This document shows positions 25,997-35,984 of a stretch of 64,000 nt of DNA, in pieces. Source of the DNA: an uncultured bacterium (GTDB lineage Bacteria > Krumholzibacteriota > Krumholzibacteriia > Krumholzibacteriales > Krumholzibacteriaceae); the NCBI GenBank assembly GCA_963786935.1, contig CAWBAN010000003.1:320001-384000 (forward strand), written 5' to 3'. The stretch's first letter is position 1. The number at the start of each line of letters is the position of its first letter. The notes below the pieces were generated by a model that worked only from the letters and a program-made list of their open reading frames with translations, was not told the DNA's origin and ran no database searches. The translations under genes were made by a program, and so were the position numbers.

Positions 25997-28039
25997 CTAC
26001 TTTAGGTATGCGGCGAACCACTCGTGCAGCGTTTTCCACCAGAGCTCGGCGTTCCGCGGCTTCAGCACGAAATGCCCCTCATCGGGGAAATAGAGGAGCT
26101 TCGACGGCACGCCCTGCCGCTGGAGCGCCGTGAAGAACTGGAGCCCTTCGGCGAAGGGGACGCGGAAATCCTGCTCGCCGTGGACGACGAGGCACGGCGT
26201 CTTGAAATTCGCGGCGAACCGGTGCGGCGACCATTTCGCGTACATCTCCGGATTCGTCCACGGCGTCCCGGCGAACTCCCACTCGGGAAACCACAGCTCT
26301 TCCGTCGCTCCGTACATGCTCTCGAGGTTGTAGACGCCGTCGTGCGAGACGAGGCACCGGAAATCGCCGTCCGTGTGCCCCTCGATCCAGTTGACCATGT
26401 ATCCGCCGTAGGACGCCCCCGCCGCCGCGACGCGCGAGGCGTCGACGAAGGGGAGCGACTTCAAGAAGGCCACCCCCTTCATGATGTCCTCGAACGGCGC
26501 GCCTCCCCAATCCCCGCTGATCTCGTCGGTGAACGCCTGGCCGTAGCCGGTGCTTCCGTGCGGATTGACCATCGCCACGACGTATCCGGGCGCGGCGAAC
26601 ATCTGCGAGTTCCAGCGGTAATGGAAATCGTCCCCGAACGATCCCTGCGGACCGCCGTGGATGAGGAGGATGAGCGGATACTTCTTTCCCTCCTCGAAGA
26701 AAGGAGGTTTCACGAGGTAGCAGTGAATCTTCGCGCCGAGCGCGCCGTCGTACCAGTATTCCTCGATCGCGCTCATCGCGAGGCCGGCGAGCGCCTCGGC
26801 GTTGATCGCGGTGAGCGGCGCGACGTCTTTTCCTTTCGCCGTCGCCCGGTAGAGCTCGACGGGGCTCGTCGCGCTCTGCCGCGCGAAGACGATGTGCGTG
26901 CCGTTCGGGGTCAGCGCGAAGCGCGTATCGTAGCCGCCGCGGATGACGAATGCGGCGTCTTCCCCCTTCGTCGAAACCTTCCCGATCGCGCGCCGCCCGC
27001 GGTCCTCGACCGAGAAATAGAGCGTCTTCGAGTCGCCGCTCCACGAGAAATCGTCGATCGCGTAATCGAAGCTCTCCGTGAGGTTCGTCGCGGTCCGCGT
27101 CTTCCGGTCGTAGAGCATGAGGCGCGAGCGGTCGGCCTCGAAGCCCGCCCGCGGCATCGAGCGGTACGCGATGTAGCGCCCGTCGGGAGAGTAGCGGGGG
27201 CTGTTGTCGTTCCCGCGGCCGGACGCCGTGATCGAAACGGGGGCGCCGCCGGGGACGCTCACGACGTAGAGGTCGTTGTTCGTCGACGCGGCGGGGAGCG
27301 GATCGGGATTCATGACGAAGCAAAGCTCGCGTCCGTCGGGCGAGAAATCGATGTCGCGGTCGCCGCCGAGCGCGATGGGCGGCACGTCGGTGCGTCCCGT
27401 GTTCAACGCGACGAGGGAGGATCCCTCGAAGTCGGTGAGGAAGAGGTGGCTCCATTTCCCGTTCCGCCAGCTGTTCCAGTGGCGGAAGAGGAGATGGTCG
27501 ACGAGGCGCCCCTTCACCGCGGCGCCCTTCGCGTCGGCGAGCGTCTTCTCGTTGCACGGCATGTCGGCGCATTCGGGATAGACGCTCGAGGTGACGGCGA
27601 TCGAGCGGCCGTCCGGCGAGAGCACGAAGCTCGATATGCCCGTCGGGATCGCGGTGATTTTCTTCGCCTCGCCGCCGCCGGCCGGGATGATCCACACCTG
27701 CGACGTGCCGTCGCGGTCGGAAAGGAACGCGAGACCGGCGCCGTCGGCCGTCCACGCCGGCGAGGAGTCGTCGTCGTCGCTCCGCACGAACGCCCGCGGC
27801 GCTCCCCCAGCGACCGGGACGAGCCAGATGTCGGTGTTCGAAGAGTTGGCGTTCTTGTCGAACCGCGTGAGCTCGAATGCGACGAGCTTCCCGTCGGGGG
27901 AAACGGCGAAGGCGCCGATCCTCCCGAACGAGATGAGGTCGTCGAAGGTGATCGGGCGTTGATTGGCCTGGGGCGCCGCGCCCGCGGCCGCCGCGACGGC
28001 GAACGAGAGAATGACGATCGCTGCGAGGATGGATTTCAT
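25997..28039 (-). CDS. S9-family (prolyl oligopeptidase/DPP5-like) peptidase
   Basis: Signal peptide, SPDG beta-propeller repeats, IHGGPQ, GASYGG nucleophile, DFRVP, DEGH. Confidence 0.93.
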   Translation of the reverse strand: MKSILAAIVILSFAVAAAAGAAPQANQRPITFDDLISFGRIGAFAVSPDGKLVAFELTRFDKNANSSNTDIWLVPVAGGAPRAFVRSDDDDSSPAWTADGAGLAFLSDRDGTSQVWIIPAGGGEAKKITAIPTGISSFVLSPDGRSIAVTSSVYPECADMPCNEKTLADAKGAAVKGRLVDHLLFRHWNSWRNGKWSHLFLTDFEGSSLVALNTGRTDVPPIALGGDRDIDFSPDGRELCFVMNPDPLPAASTNNDLYVVSVPGGAPVSITASGRGNDNSPRYSPDGRYIAYRSMPRAGFEADRSRLMLYDRKTRTATNLTESFDYAIDDFSWSGDSKTLYFSVEDRGRRAIGKVSTKGEDAAFVIRGGYDTRFALTPNGTHIVFARQSATSPVELYRATAKGKDVAPLTAINAEALAGLAMSAIEEYWYDGALGAKIHCYLVKPPFFEEGKKYPLILLIHGGPQGSFGDDFHYRWNSQMFAAPGYVVAMVNPHGSTGYGQAFTDEISGDWGGAPFEDIMKGVAFLKSLPFVDASRVAAAGASYGGYMVNWIEGHTDGDFRCLVSHDGVYNLESMYGATEELWFPEWEFAGTPWTNPEMYAKWSPHRFAANFKTPCLVVHGEQDFRVPFAEGLQFFTALQRQGVPSKLLYFPDEGHFVLKPRNAELWWKTLHEWFAAYLK

Positions 28040-28243
28040 GGTGCCCCCCTGTAGCGACTAACCGGTACAATGCCGGAAACCTTTCCGGCCGTCGAAACGT
28101 AGATGCATTCTAGAGAAGGGAATTCACGGAAGCAATCGAATAAAGACCGGCATCTCGCGCCGAGCGGCGCCGCGCGATCCCCGTTGCGTCTCCGCCGGAT
28201 GTCTGAGAGAATGGCCCCGCGTCCGCATTCCGGGAGGGAATCG

Positions 28244-29161
28244 ATGATCGAGGTTCGCAATCTCGTCAAATCGTTCGGGGATATCCAGGCGCTCGCCGGC
28301 GTCGACTTCACCGTCAAGGAGGGGGAGATCTTCGGGCTCCTCGGCCCGAACGGCGCGGGCAAGACGACATCCATCTCCATCATCGCGGGGCTCCTCGAAG
28401 CGGATTCCGGAACGGTGCGCGTCGCCGGGATGGACATCCGGAAGGACGGGAGCCGCGTCCGGCGGACGCTCGGCGTCGTGCCGCAGGACATCGCCCTCTA
28501 CGAGGATCTGTCGGGCCGCGACAACCTGCTCTTCTGGGGCGGGCTCTACGGGCTTTCGGGCGCGCGGCTCCGCGAGGAGGCCGACCGGGTCCTCGATCTC
28601 GTCGGGCTCGCCGACCGGGCGAAGGATCCGGTGCGCCAGTACTCGGGCGGCATGAAGCGGCGGCTCAACCTGAGCGCCGGGCTCATCCACCGGCCGAAGG
28701 TGATTCTCCTCGACGAGCCGACGCTCGGCATCGATCCCCAGGCGCGGCTCAACATTCTCGACATCATCAGGGACGGCGTGTCGGAAGGCATGACGGCCGT
28801 CTACACGACGCATTACCTCGAAGAGGCGGAGAAGCTCTGCGATCGCATCGCGATCATCGATCACGGGAGGATTCTCGCGCAGGGGACGCTCGCCGAGCTC
28901 GTGAAGCTCGCCGGCGAGGGCAACCTCGTGACGGTGCGCGGATCCTTCACGCGCGAGCAGGCGAGCCCGCTCCTCGCGGGAGTCGCGGCGGAGCATCTCG
29001 AGGACGGCTCGTTCCGGATGCTCGTGCCCGGGCAGAAGGAGCTGAGCGCGGCGCTCGCGCGGCTCTTCGCTGCGGGGCTTCCGATCGCCGAGGTCTCGAT
29101 TCAGGAGCCGAGCCTCGAGGGCGTATTTCTCAAGCTCACGGGCAGAGAGCTGCGGGATTGA
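28244..29161 (+). CDS. ABC transporter ATP-binding protein (exporter)
   Basis: GPNGAGKTT, YSGGMKRR, LLDEPT. Confidence 0.93.
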   Translation: MIEVRNLVKSFGDIQALAGVDFTVKEGEIFGLLGPNGAGKTTSISIIAGLLEADSGTVRVAGMDIRKDGSRVRRTLGVVPQDIALYEDLSGRDNLLFWGGLYGLSGARLREEADRVLDLVGLADRAKDPVRQYSGGMKRRLNLSAGLIHRPKVILLDEPTLGIDPQARLNILDIIRDGVSEGMTAVYTTHYLEEAEKLCDRIAIIDHGRILAQGTLAELVKLAGEGNLVTVRGSFTREQASPLLAGVAAEHLEDGSFRMLVPGQKELSAALARLFAAGLPIAEVSIQEPSLEGVFLKLTGRELRD

Positions 29162-29168
29162 GGCGGGC

Positions 29169-30422
29169 ATGAACGCGGCGTTTCTCATCCTGCGCAACGA
29201 CGTGAAGCGGCGGCTCCGGAGCCCCGTCTCCGTCATCTGCATGTTCCTCATTCCGCTCGGGATCACGCTGCTCATCGGGCTCGTTTTCGGACGGCACGGT
29301 GGCGTGGAGCTCTCCCGTATCAAGGTGCTTCTCGCCGACAGCGACCGGGGAGTCGCCGCCGATTTCCTCAAGCAGGGGATGAAGCGGGGGAAGCTCGCCG
29401 AGCTCATCGACCTCGTCGAGGTCGACCCTGCCGAGGGGCGCGCCCTCATGGACCAGGGAAAGGCGTCGGCGCTCATCGAGATCCCGGCCGGATTCACGAA
29501 CCGGGTTCTCGACGGCGCGTCGGTGGAGATCGCCCTCGTCAAGAATCCGCAGGAGGCGTTCCTCCCCCTCATCGTCGAGGAGATCACCGGGACGATGGCC
29601 GTGCTGATGGACGGCGCGATGCGGATCTTCGCGCGGCCGATCGGAGAGGCGCGGGGGATGCTCACGGCCGGCCGCTGGCCGGCGGCGGGGGAGCTCTCGG
29701 CGCTCCTCGACGAGGCGAGGCCCCGGTTCACGCTCGTGAAGGGATACATCGCGGACACGCTCGTGTCGCTCAAGAGCGAGACGGTCGCCGATCCGGGGGG
29801 CGCCGGGCGGCAGGGCTTCAATTTCTTCGCGCTCATCATGCCCGGGAGCATCCTCGTCGGGCTCCTCTTCATCAGCGAGATCACGATGCGTGACGTGCTC
29901 CGGGAACGGGACGCGGGCACGCTCGCGCGCATCTTTTCGGGTCCCGTCGGGAGCGCCGGCGTGATCGCCGGCAAGATGCTCTCCTCCTTCGCGATCACGC
30001 TCATCGCGTGCGTGCTCCTCATCCTCGTCGGACGCCTCGGATTCGGGATCGCCTGGGGCTCGCCGCTCAAGCTCGCCGTGCACGTCGCCGGCTCGATCCT
30101 CATGTGCGTCGGCATCATGGCCTTCTTCTACGGATTCGTCCGGTCCGAGCGCGCCGCGGACGCCCTGCTCCCCGTCGTCATCATCGTCATCTGCGTGTTC
30201 GGGGGCGCGATGTTCCCCTACGAGATCATGGGCGCGTCGATGCAGAAGGCGGCGAAGCTCTCGCCGGCCTTCTGGGCCATCGACGGGCTGAAACAGATAT
30301 CGATCGCCAAGGCGGGGTGGAGCGGCATCGCGCCGCACCTCGGGATCGTCTACGGACTCGGCGCGGTCACGACGGCCGCGGGGGCCTGGCGGCTCCGCGC
30401 GCGGCTCTGCGGGAGGGGATGA
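29169..30422 (+). CDS. ABC-2 type permease
   Basis: N-terminal TM helix, extracytoplasmic loop, ERDAGTLAR, five C-terminal TM helices. Confidence 0.88.
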   Translation: MNAAFLILRNDVKRRLRSPVSVICMFLIPLGITLLIGLVFGRHGGVELSRIKVLLADSDRGVAADFLKQGMKRGKLAELIDLVEVDPAEGRALMDQGKASALIEIPAGFTNRVLDGASVEIALVKNPQEAFLPLIVEEITGTMAVLMDGAMRIFARPIGEARGMLTAGRWPAAGELSALLDEARPRFTLVKGYIADTLVSLKSETVADPGGAGRQGFNFFALIMPGSILVGLLFISEITMRDVLRERDAGTLARIFSGPVGSAGVIAGKMLSSFAITLIACVLLILVGRLGFGIAWGSPLKLAVHVAGSILMCVGIMAFFYGFVRSERAADALLPVVIIVICVFGGAMFPYEIMGASMQKAAKLSPAFWAIDGLKQISIAKAGWSGIAPHLGIVYGLGAVTTAAGAWRLRARLCGRG

Positions 30423-31660
30423 GACCGATGCGGAACGGTCCCGCGAGGCTCGTCGCCCTCATCGCGGCGAACGATTTCAGGATGACGATGAAGGCCCGGG
30501 GCGTCGCCCTGTGGATCTTCGCGATGCCGATCATATTCATGTTCGCCTTCGGTCTCGCTTTCAGGGACCAGCCGGGCGGCGTCAGGAAGGCGCGGCTCGT
30601 CGTCGCGAACGCCGACACCGGATTCGTGTCACGCGCGCTCGTCGAGGAGCTGCGGGCGGAAACGCTCGAGATCGTCGACAGCCTCGCCGCGGGCGAAAAC
30701 GCGATCCGGACGCTCGTGATCCCCGCGGACTTCACGGCGAACGTGCTCGCGCGCAACGGGGTCGCCCTCGTCCTGCGGAAGGAGTCTGACGCGAACGCCG
30801 AGGCGAACGAAGCCGCGGGAGCGGCGATCGCCCGTGGGCTCATCCGCGTCGTATCGCGATTGATCGAGATCGAGGCGCGCGCCATCGACGCGGGGACGAA
30901 GGGGATCTCGGTCGCCGGGGACAGCCTCGCCGGAAGCCTCCTCGCGGCGACGCGGTCGCGGCCCGGCGCGCTCGATTCCATCCGCGCGGACCTCGATTCG
31001 CTCCGCGCGCGGCCGCAGCTCGTCACGGTGAGCGCGAGCGTCGCGGGGAAGGCGAGGAGCGCCCCGGGGGGATTTCAATCCTCCGTTCCCGGCAACCTCG
31101 TCATGTTCGTGCTCATGTCGATGGTGTTCAGCGGGGCCGTGATCACGGTGGAACGCTCGACGGGGGTCCTCCGGAGGTACGCGTACACGCCCGCCGGAGC
31201 GACGACGATACTGCTCGGCAAGATCTTCGGGAGAATGCTCGTCGCGTTCGTGCAGATCGTGTTTCTGCTGGTCGTCGGAAAGTACGTCTTCCGCATCTCC
31301 CTCGGGTCGAGCCCCGGGGCGCTCGCGCTCCTGCTGGCCGTCTTCGCATTCTGCGTCAGTTCGTTCGGCGTCCTCTTCGGCTCCCTGTTCCGGAGTCCCG
31401 AGCAGGTGTCGGCCGTTTCCATCGTCACGACGCTCGCCATGTCGGCGCTCGGGGGCTGTTGGTGGCCGATCGAGATCGTCCCGCCGTTCTTCAAGGCCGT
31501 CGCGTTCGCCCTGCCGACCGGCTGGGCGATGAACGGGATCCACAAGGTCGTATCCTTCGGGTACGGATTCGGCGCCGTCGCGCCGAACGTGGCGGCGCTC
31601 GTCGCGTTCGGCGTCGTGTTCCTGCTGATCGCTTCCCGGAAACTCAAGCTCGCGGATTGA
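30419..31660 (+). CDS. ABC-2 type permease
   Basis: ATGA overlap; ERSTGVLRR, LGGCWWP, LPTGWAM. Confidence 0.88.
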   Translation: MRPMRNGPARLVALIAANDFRMTMKARGVALWIFAMPIIFMFAFGLAFRDQPGGVRKARLVVANADTGFVSRALVEELRAETLEIVDSLAAGENAIRTLVIPADFTANVLARNGVALVLRKESDANAEANEAAGAAIARGLIRVVSRLIEIEARAIDAGTKGISVAGDSLAGSLLAATRSRPGALDSIRADLDSLRARPQLVTVSASVAGKARSAPGGFQSSVPGNLVMFVLMSMVFSGAVITVERSTGVLRRYAYTPAGATTILLGKIFGRMLVAFVQIVFLLVVGKYVFRISLGSSPGALALLLAVFAFCVSSFGVLFGSLFRSPEQVSAVSIVTTLAMSALGGCWWPIEIVPPFFKAVAFALPTGWAMNGIHKVVSFGYGFGAVAPNVAALVAFGVVFLLIASRKLKLAD

Positions 31661-31690
31661 TCCGTGGCCCCGTCGCCGCGTTTCCCGTCG

Positions 31691-32641
31691 CTATGTCTCT
31701 TCGCGCGGCGCCGAGTAGAACGCAGTCCCGCCGACGCGCCGTTCCACGATCGCGCCGGCGGCGAGCAGCCGCCGGACGGCGGATTCGGCGCTCTCCATGC
31801 TCATGCCGAGGGCGCGGTGGAGGTCCTCCACGGTGCACGGCCGCCGCGCGAGGAGCGAGAGGATCGTCTCCTCGAGATTGGACGCCTCGTGGCGGGTTCG
31901 GGCGGTCCGGGCGGAGGCGATGACCTCGCAGCGCGACCCGAACAGATTGCGGATCCGCCGCATCGATATGTCGTCGAGCGGTTCGATCTCCCGTTCGGTC
32001 CCCGGGCGGACGGCCGTATTGAGCTGAATTTTATCCGCGCGCATCCTGCCGAGAGCGGTCCTGAGCGCCTCGATGTTCCGGCCATCGGCATTGTAGCCCT
32101 CGATGAGCAGTATCTCGAAGAGCACCGTGCCGCGGTATTCCTTCAGGAACAGCTCGAGCCCCTCGATGATCCGCGGAAGACGCAGGAGCTCGTGGGGGCG
32201 GTTGATGCGCAGGAACGAATCTTCCTCCGCGGCGTCGAGCGACGGCAGCACGATGTCGGCGCGCGCGAGCTCGTCCCGCACGTCGCTCATCCAGAGGAGA
32301 GAGCTGTTCGTGATGACGGCGACGGGGCGGGACGCGAGGCGCCTCATCTCGTCGATGAGCTCTCCCATCGGCAGGTAGAGCGTCGGTTCTCCCGAACCGG
32401 ACAGCGTGATGACGTCGGGCTTCTCCTTCATGCGGGAGAGGTGCGCCTCGAGATCGTCGAGGACGTCGCGCGCGGGGCAGAACGCGCGCCGCTCGCACGT
32501 CAGGTCGGTCGTCTTCCCGCACTCGCAGTAGACGCAGTCGAAGGTGCACGTCTTGTGCGGGATGACGTCGACCCCGAGCGAAAGCCCGAGCCGCCGCGAC
32601 GGGACGGGACCGAAAATTCTCCCCGAGCCCGGCGTTCTCAC
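31691..32641 (-). CDS. Radical SAM protein
   Basis: FGPVPSRRLGLSLGVD, CTFDCVYC, GSGEPTL. Confidence 0.92.
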   Translation of the reverse strand: MRTPGSGRIFGPVPSRRLGLSLGVDVIPHKTCTFDCVYCECGKTTDLTCERRAFCPARDVLDDLEAHLSRMKEKPDVITLSGSGEPTLYLPMGELIDEMRRLASRPVAVITNSSLLWMSDVRDELARADIVLPSLDAAEEDSFLRINRPHELLRLPRIIEGLELFLKEYRGTVLFEILLIEGYNADGRNIEALRTALGRMRADKIQLNTAVRPGTEREIEPLDDISMRRIRNLFGSRCEVIASARTARTRHEASNLEETILSLLARRPCTVEDLHRALGMSMESAESAVRRLLAAGAIVERRVGGTAFYSAPREET

Positions 32642-33873
32642 GCACGCTCACCCGCCTTCGGCGCGCGGGGCGCGCGCAGCAGCGCGATTCCGAAGATCGT
32701 TCCCGCCGCGAGCGCGAGGAGCGATCCCGCGATGAAGGTGGTCGAGGGCGAATAGCGGTCCCACAGCCATCCGCCGATCGTGCTCGCGGGAAGGAGCGCG
32801 AGCCCGATGACCGTGTAATAGACCGCGAACCCCGTCGCCTTTCGCTCGCCCGGCAGCAGCGTGGCCATGTACGCGGTGCCGACGCCGTCGGTGAACGCGA
32901 GGTAGATCCCCTGGAGCGGAAAGAGGATCCAGAGGGCGCTCATCGTCGTCTCGAACGCGAAGAGGGCGTAGAGCCCCGCGTACAGCAGGTATCCGAGGAA
33001 CGCGATCCGCGCCTTGCCGAACCGGTCGGCGAGCCTCCCGGCGGGATAGGAGAGGAGCGCGTAGGAAACGTTCATCGTCATATAGAGGATCGGCACCAGG
33101 CTGTCCTTGAAGCCGAGATCCCGGGCCCGCAGGACGAGGAAGAAGTTCGAGGAGTTGCCGAGGGAGAAAACGGCCGTCACGACGAGGAAGATCTTGAGCT
33201 CGCGCGTGAAGAGCGGGCCGCGCGTCGCGGGTCCTGCCGCCGATTGCGCCCCGCGCGTGCTCGCCGGCGCTGCGCCCCGCGCGGGGGCCCCATCGGCACC
33301 ACCCGCGATGCGGGCAGTTCGCTCCTGCACGAAGATCCGGATGATAGCGACGGCGATTGCCGCCGGAATGAAGGAAAGCCAGAACACCGACCGGTAGCCC
33401 ATGCCCGCCGAAAGGATCAGGGCTGCGAGCGCCGGTCCGAGCACGGCGCCCGCCGTATCCATGGTGCGCGTTATCCCGAAGGAGCGCCCGTAATGCTCCG
33501 AGGACGATACCTCGGCGATGAGGGCGTCGCGCGGGGGCGTTCTCACGCCCTTGCCGGCGCGGTCGATGAGCCTGAAGCCGAGGACGTGAGGCCAGCTCGC
33601 CGAGAGCGCCAGGAGCGGCCGCGCGAGCGTCGAGATCCCGTAGCCGAGGATGATCGCCGATTTCCTCCGCTTGAATTTGTCCGAGAGCCAGCCCGAGATC
33701 ACGCGGAAAAAGGACGCGGTCGTCTCGGAGAGCCCGGCGACGAATCCGATCGCGAGCCCTCCGGCGCCGAGGGACGAGAGAAACGCCGGGAGCAGCGGAT
33801 AGATCATCTCGCTCGAGACGTCCATGAAGAAGCTCACCCAGCCGAGGGCGAATATCGTCTTCCGTTCGCGCAT
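32638..33873 (-). CDS. MFS transporter
   Basis: VSFFMDVSSEMIYPLLP, SGWLSDK, DRAGKGVRTPPRDALIA. Confidence 0.92.
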   Translation of the reverse strand: MRERKTIFALGWVSFFMDVSSEMIYPLLPAFLSSLGAGGLAIGFVAGLSETTASFFRVISGWLSDKFKRRKSAIILGYGISTLARPLLALSASWPHVLGFRLIDRAGKGVRTPPRDALIAEVSSSEHYGRSFGITRTMDTAGAVLGPALAALILSAGMGYRSVFWLSFIPAAIAVAIIRIFVQERTARIAGGADGAPARGAAPASTRGAQSAAGPATRGPLFTRELKIFLVVTAVFSLGNSSNFFLVLRARDLGFKDSLVPILYMTMNVSYALLSYPAGRLADRFGKARIAFLGYLLYAGLYALFAFETTMSALWILFPLQGIYLAFTDGVGTAYMATLLPGERKATGFAVYYTVIGLALLPASTIGGWLWDRYSPSTTFIAGSLLALAAGTIFGIALLRAPRAPKAGERA

Positions 33874-34076
33874 GGTGCCCCGAATATATACCTGCGGCGG
33901 CGCGGGATAAAGGTCATTGTGCAGATGCGAGACCCGCACGCGGGTCCTGTCGGCGATTGCACCCCGCACGTGCTCGCCCGCGGCCCCATCGCCGTCATCG
34001 GCGCGCCGCGTGCTCGATTTCCGTTGTAAATCGCCTCGCGCTGCAATACCTTTGTTCACGAGGAGGTGGGGTAATC

Positions 34077-35984
34077 GTGTATCAAAAAGGGATGTCGAGC
34101 ATGGGATCGTCCGTCCTCGACCTGTACGAGTCCCGGAAGCGTGCGATCGACGACGTGGTCAAGATCGTGAAGCCGGGCAGCCGCATATTCATCGGCTCGG
34201 GCGCCGCGGAGCCGCAGACCCTCGTCAAGGTGCTCATCGAGAGAGGCAAATCGATCGCGGACCACGAGACGATCAATCTCATCGAGCTCGGCACGACACC
34301 GTACACCGAAGCGGTGATGAGCAAGCCGTTCCACCAAAACGCGTTCTTCATCGGGGCGAACGTCCGTGACGCGGTGAACGAGGGCCGGGCCGAGTACACG
34401 CCGATCTTCATGTCGGAGCTCCCCTGGTACCTCCGGTCGGGGCGGCTCAGGATCGACGTCGCGTTCATCCAGGTCGCGCCCCCCGACAACTACGGGTTCT
34501 GCTCGTTCGGCGTCTCGGTCGACGTCGTCAAGGCCGCCGCCGAGTCGGCGGAGGTCGTCATCGCCGAGGTCAACCGGCAGATGCCGCGCACGCTCGGCGA
34601 CTGCTTCATCCATCTCAAGGACATCGATTACGTCATCGAGAGCGACATTCCCCTGCTCACCTGGACGCCGCCCGCGCCCGATGAGGTCGCGATGCGGATC
34701 GGCCAGAACGTCTCGCGGCTCGTCGGCGACGGCGCGACGATCCAGACGGGGATCGGCATGATTCCGAACGCGATCCTCGGATTTCTCAAGGACAAGAAAA
34801 ACCTCGGCCTCCATACCGAGATGTTCTCCGACGGGATCATCGACCTCGTCGAGTCGGGGGTCATCACGAACAGCAAGAAGACGCTCCACAACGGCAAGAT
34901 CATCGCGACTTTCTGCATGGGCACGCAGCGCCTGTACGACTTCGTCGACGACAACCCGCTCATCGAGTTTCATCCGTGCGACTACACGAACGATCCGTTC
35001 CTCATCGCGCGGAACGACCATATGATCTCGATCAACGCGGCGATCCAGGTCGATCTCACGGGGCAGGTTTGCGCCGACTCGATCGGGGAGTACTTCTACG
35101 CCGGGATCGGCGGGCAGGTCGATTTCGTGCGCGGCGCCGCCCGGTCGAAGGGGGGAAAGCCGATCATCGTGCTTCCCTCGACCGCGAAAAAGGGCACCGT
35201 GTCGCGCATCGTGCCGTTCCTCGATCAGGGCGCCGGGGTCGTGACGTCCCGCGGCGACGTGGCATACGTCGTGACGGAGTACGGCATCACGAACCTTCAC
35301 GGGCGCAATCTCCGCGAGCGCGCGCTCGCGCTCATCAGCATCGCGCATCCCGATTTCCGCGACGACCTTCTCAACTACGCGAAGCAGCGCCACCTCGTGC
35401 ATCTCGATCAGATGCCGCTCACCGTGGCGGGGCGGTTCTATCCCGAGCAGTACGAGCACACGGCGACGATCGGGGACCGCAAGGTGTTTTTCCGGCCGAT
35501 CAAGCCGACGGACGAGGCGATCGAGCGCGCCTTCTTCTACAGCCTCAGCGACGAGACGGTCTATTACCGCTTCTTCAACATCGTGAAAACGATGCCGCAC
35601 GAGAAGCTTCAGCCGCTCGTCAACATCGACTATCGCGACGAGATGGCGATCGTCGGGCTCACCGGGGAGCCGGGGGACGAGGAGATGGTGGCGATCGGCC
35701 GCTTCAAGCTCGACCACACGGACGATTACGCCGAGGTCGCGTTCGTCGTGCACGACAACTGGCAGAACCTCGGCATCGGCTCGTATCTCATGCGCACGCT
35801 CATCACGATCGCGCAGAACATGGGGGCCGAGGGCTTCAAGGCGGACGTGCTCGCCGAGAACAAGAAGATGCTCCACATGTTCCACAAGTGCGGCTATCCC
35901 GCCCACACCCGCCTCGAAGAAGGGGTCTACACCGTCCGGGTCGATTTCACCGAGAGGAGCGCGCCCGGTGAGCGGCACGCATGA
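34077..35984 (+). CDS. Acetyl-CoA hydrolase/4-hydroxybutyrate CoA-transferase family fused to a C-terminal GNAT acyltransferase
   Basis: IQTGIG, LGLHTEM, GIGGQVDF, VTEYG; then FRPIKPTD...YYRFF...EVAFVVHDNWQNLGIG. AGGAGG RBS; start could also be 34092 or 34101. Confidence 0.9.
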   Translation: MYQKGMSSMGSSVLDLYESRKRAIDDVVKIVKPGSRIFIGSGAAEPQTLVKVLIERGKSIADHETINLIELGTTPYTEAVMSKPFHQNAFFIGANVRDAVNEGRAEYTPIFMSELPWYLRSGRLRIDVAFIQVAPPDNYGFCSFGVSVDVVKAAAESAEVVIAEVNRQMPRTLGDCFIHLKDIDYVIESDIPLLTWTPPAPDEVAMRIGQNVSRLVGDGATIQTGIGMIPNAILGFLKDKKNLGLHTEMFSDGIIDLVESGVITNSKKTLHNGKIIATFCMGTQRLYDFVDDNPLIEFHPCDYTNDPFLIARNDHMISINAAIQVDLTGQVCADSIGEYFYAGIGGQVDFVRGAARSKGGKPIIVLPSTAKKGTVSRIVPFLDQGAGVVTSRGDVAYVVTEYGITNLHGRNLRERALALISIAHPDFRDDLLNYAKQRHLVHLDQMPLTVAGRFYPEQYEHTATIGDRKVFFRPIKPTDEAIERAFFYSLSDETVYYRFFNIVKTMPHEKLQPLVNIDYRDEMAIVGLTGEPGDEEMVAIGRFKLDHTDDYAEVAFVVHDNWQNLGIGSYLMRTLITIAQNMGAEGFKADVLAENKKMLHMFHKCGYPAHTRLEEGVYTVRVDFTERSAPGERHA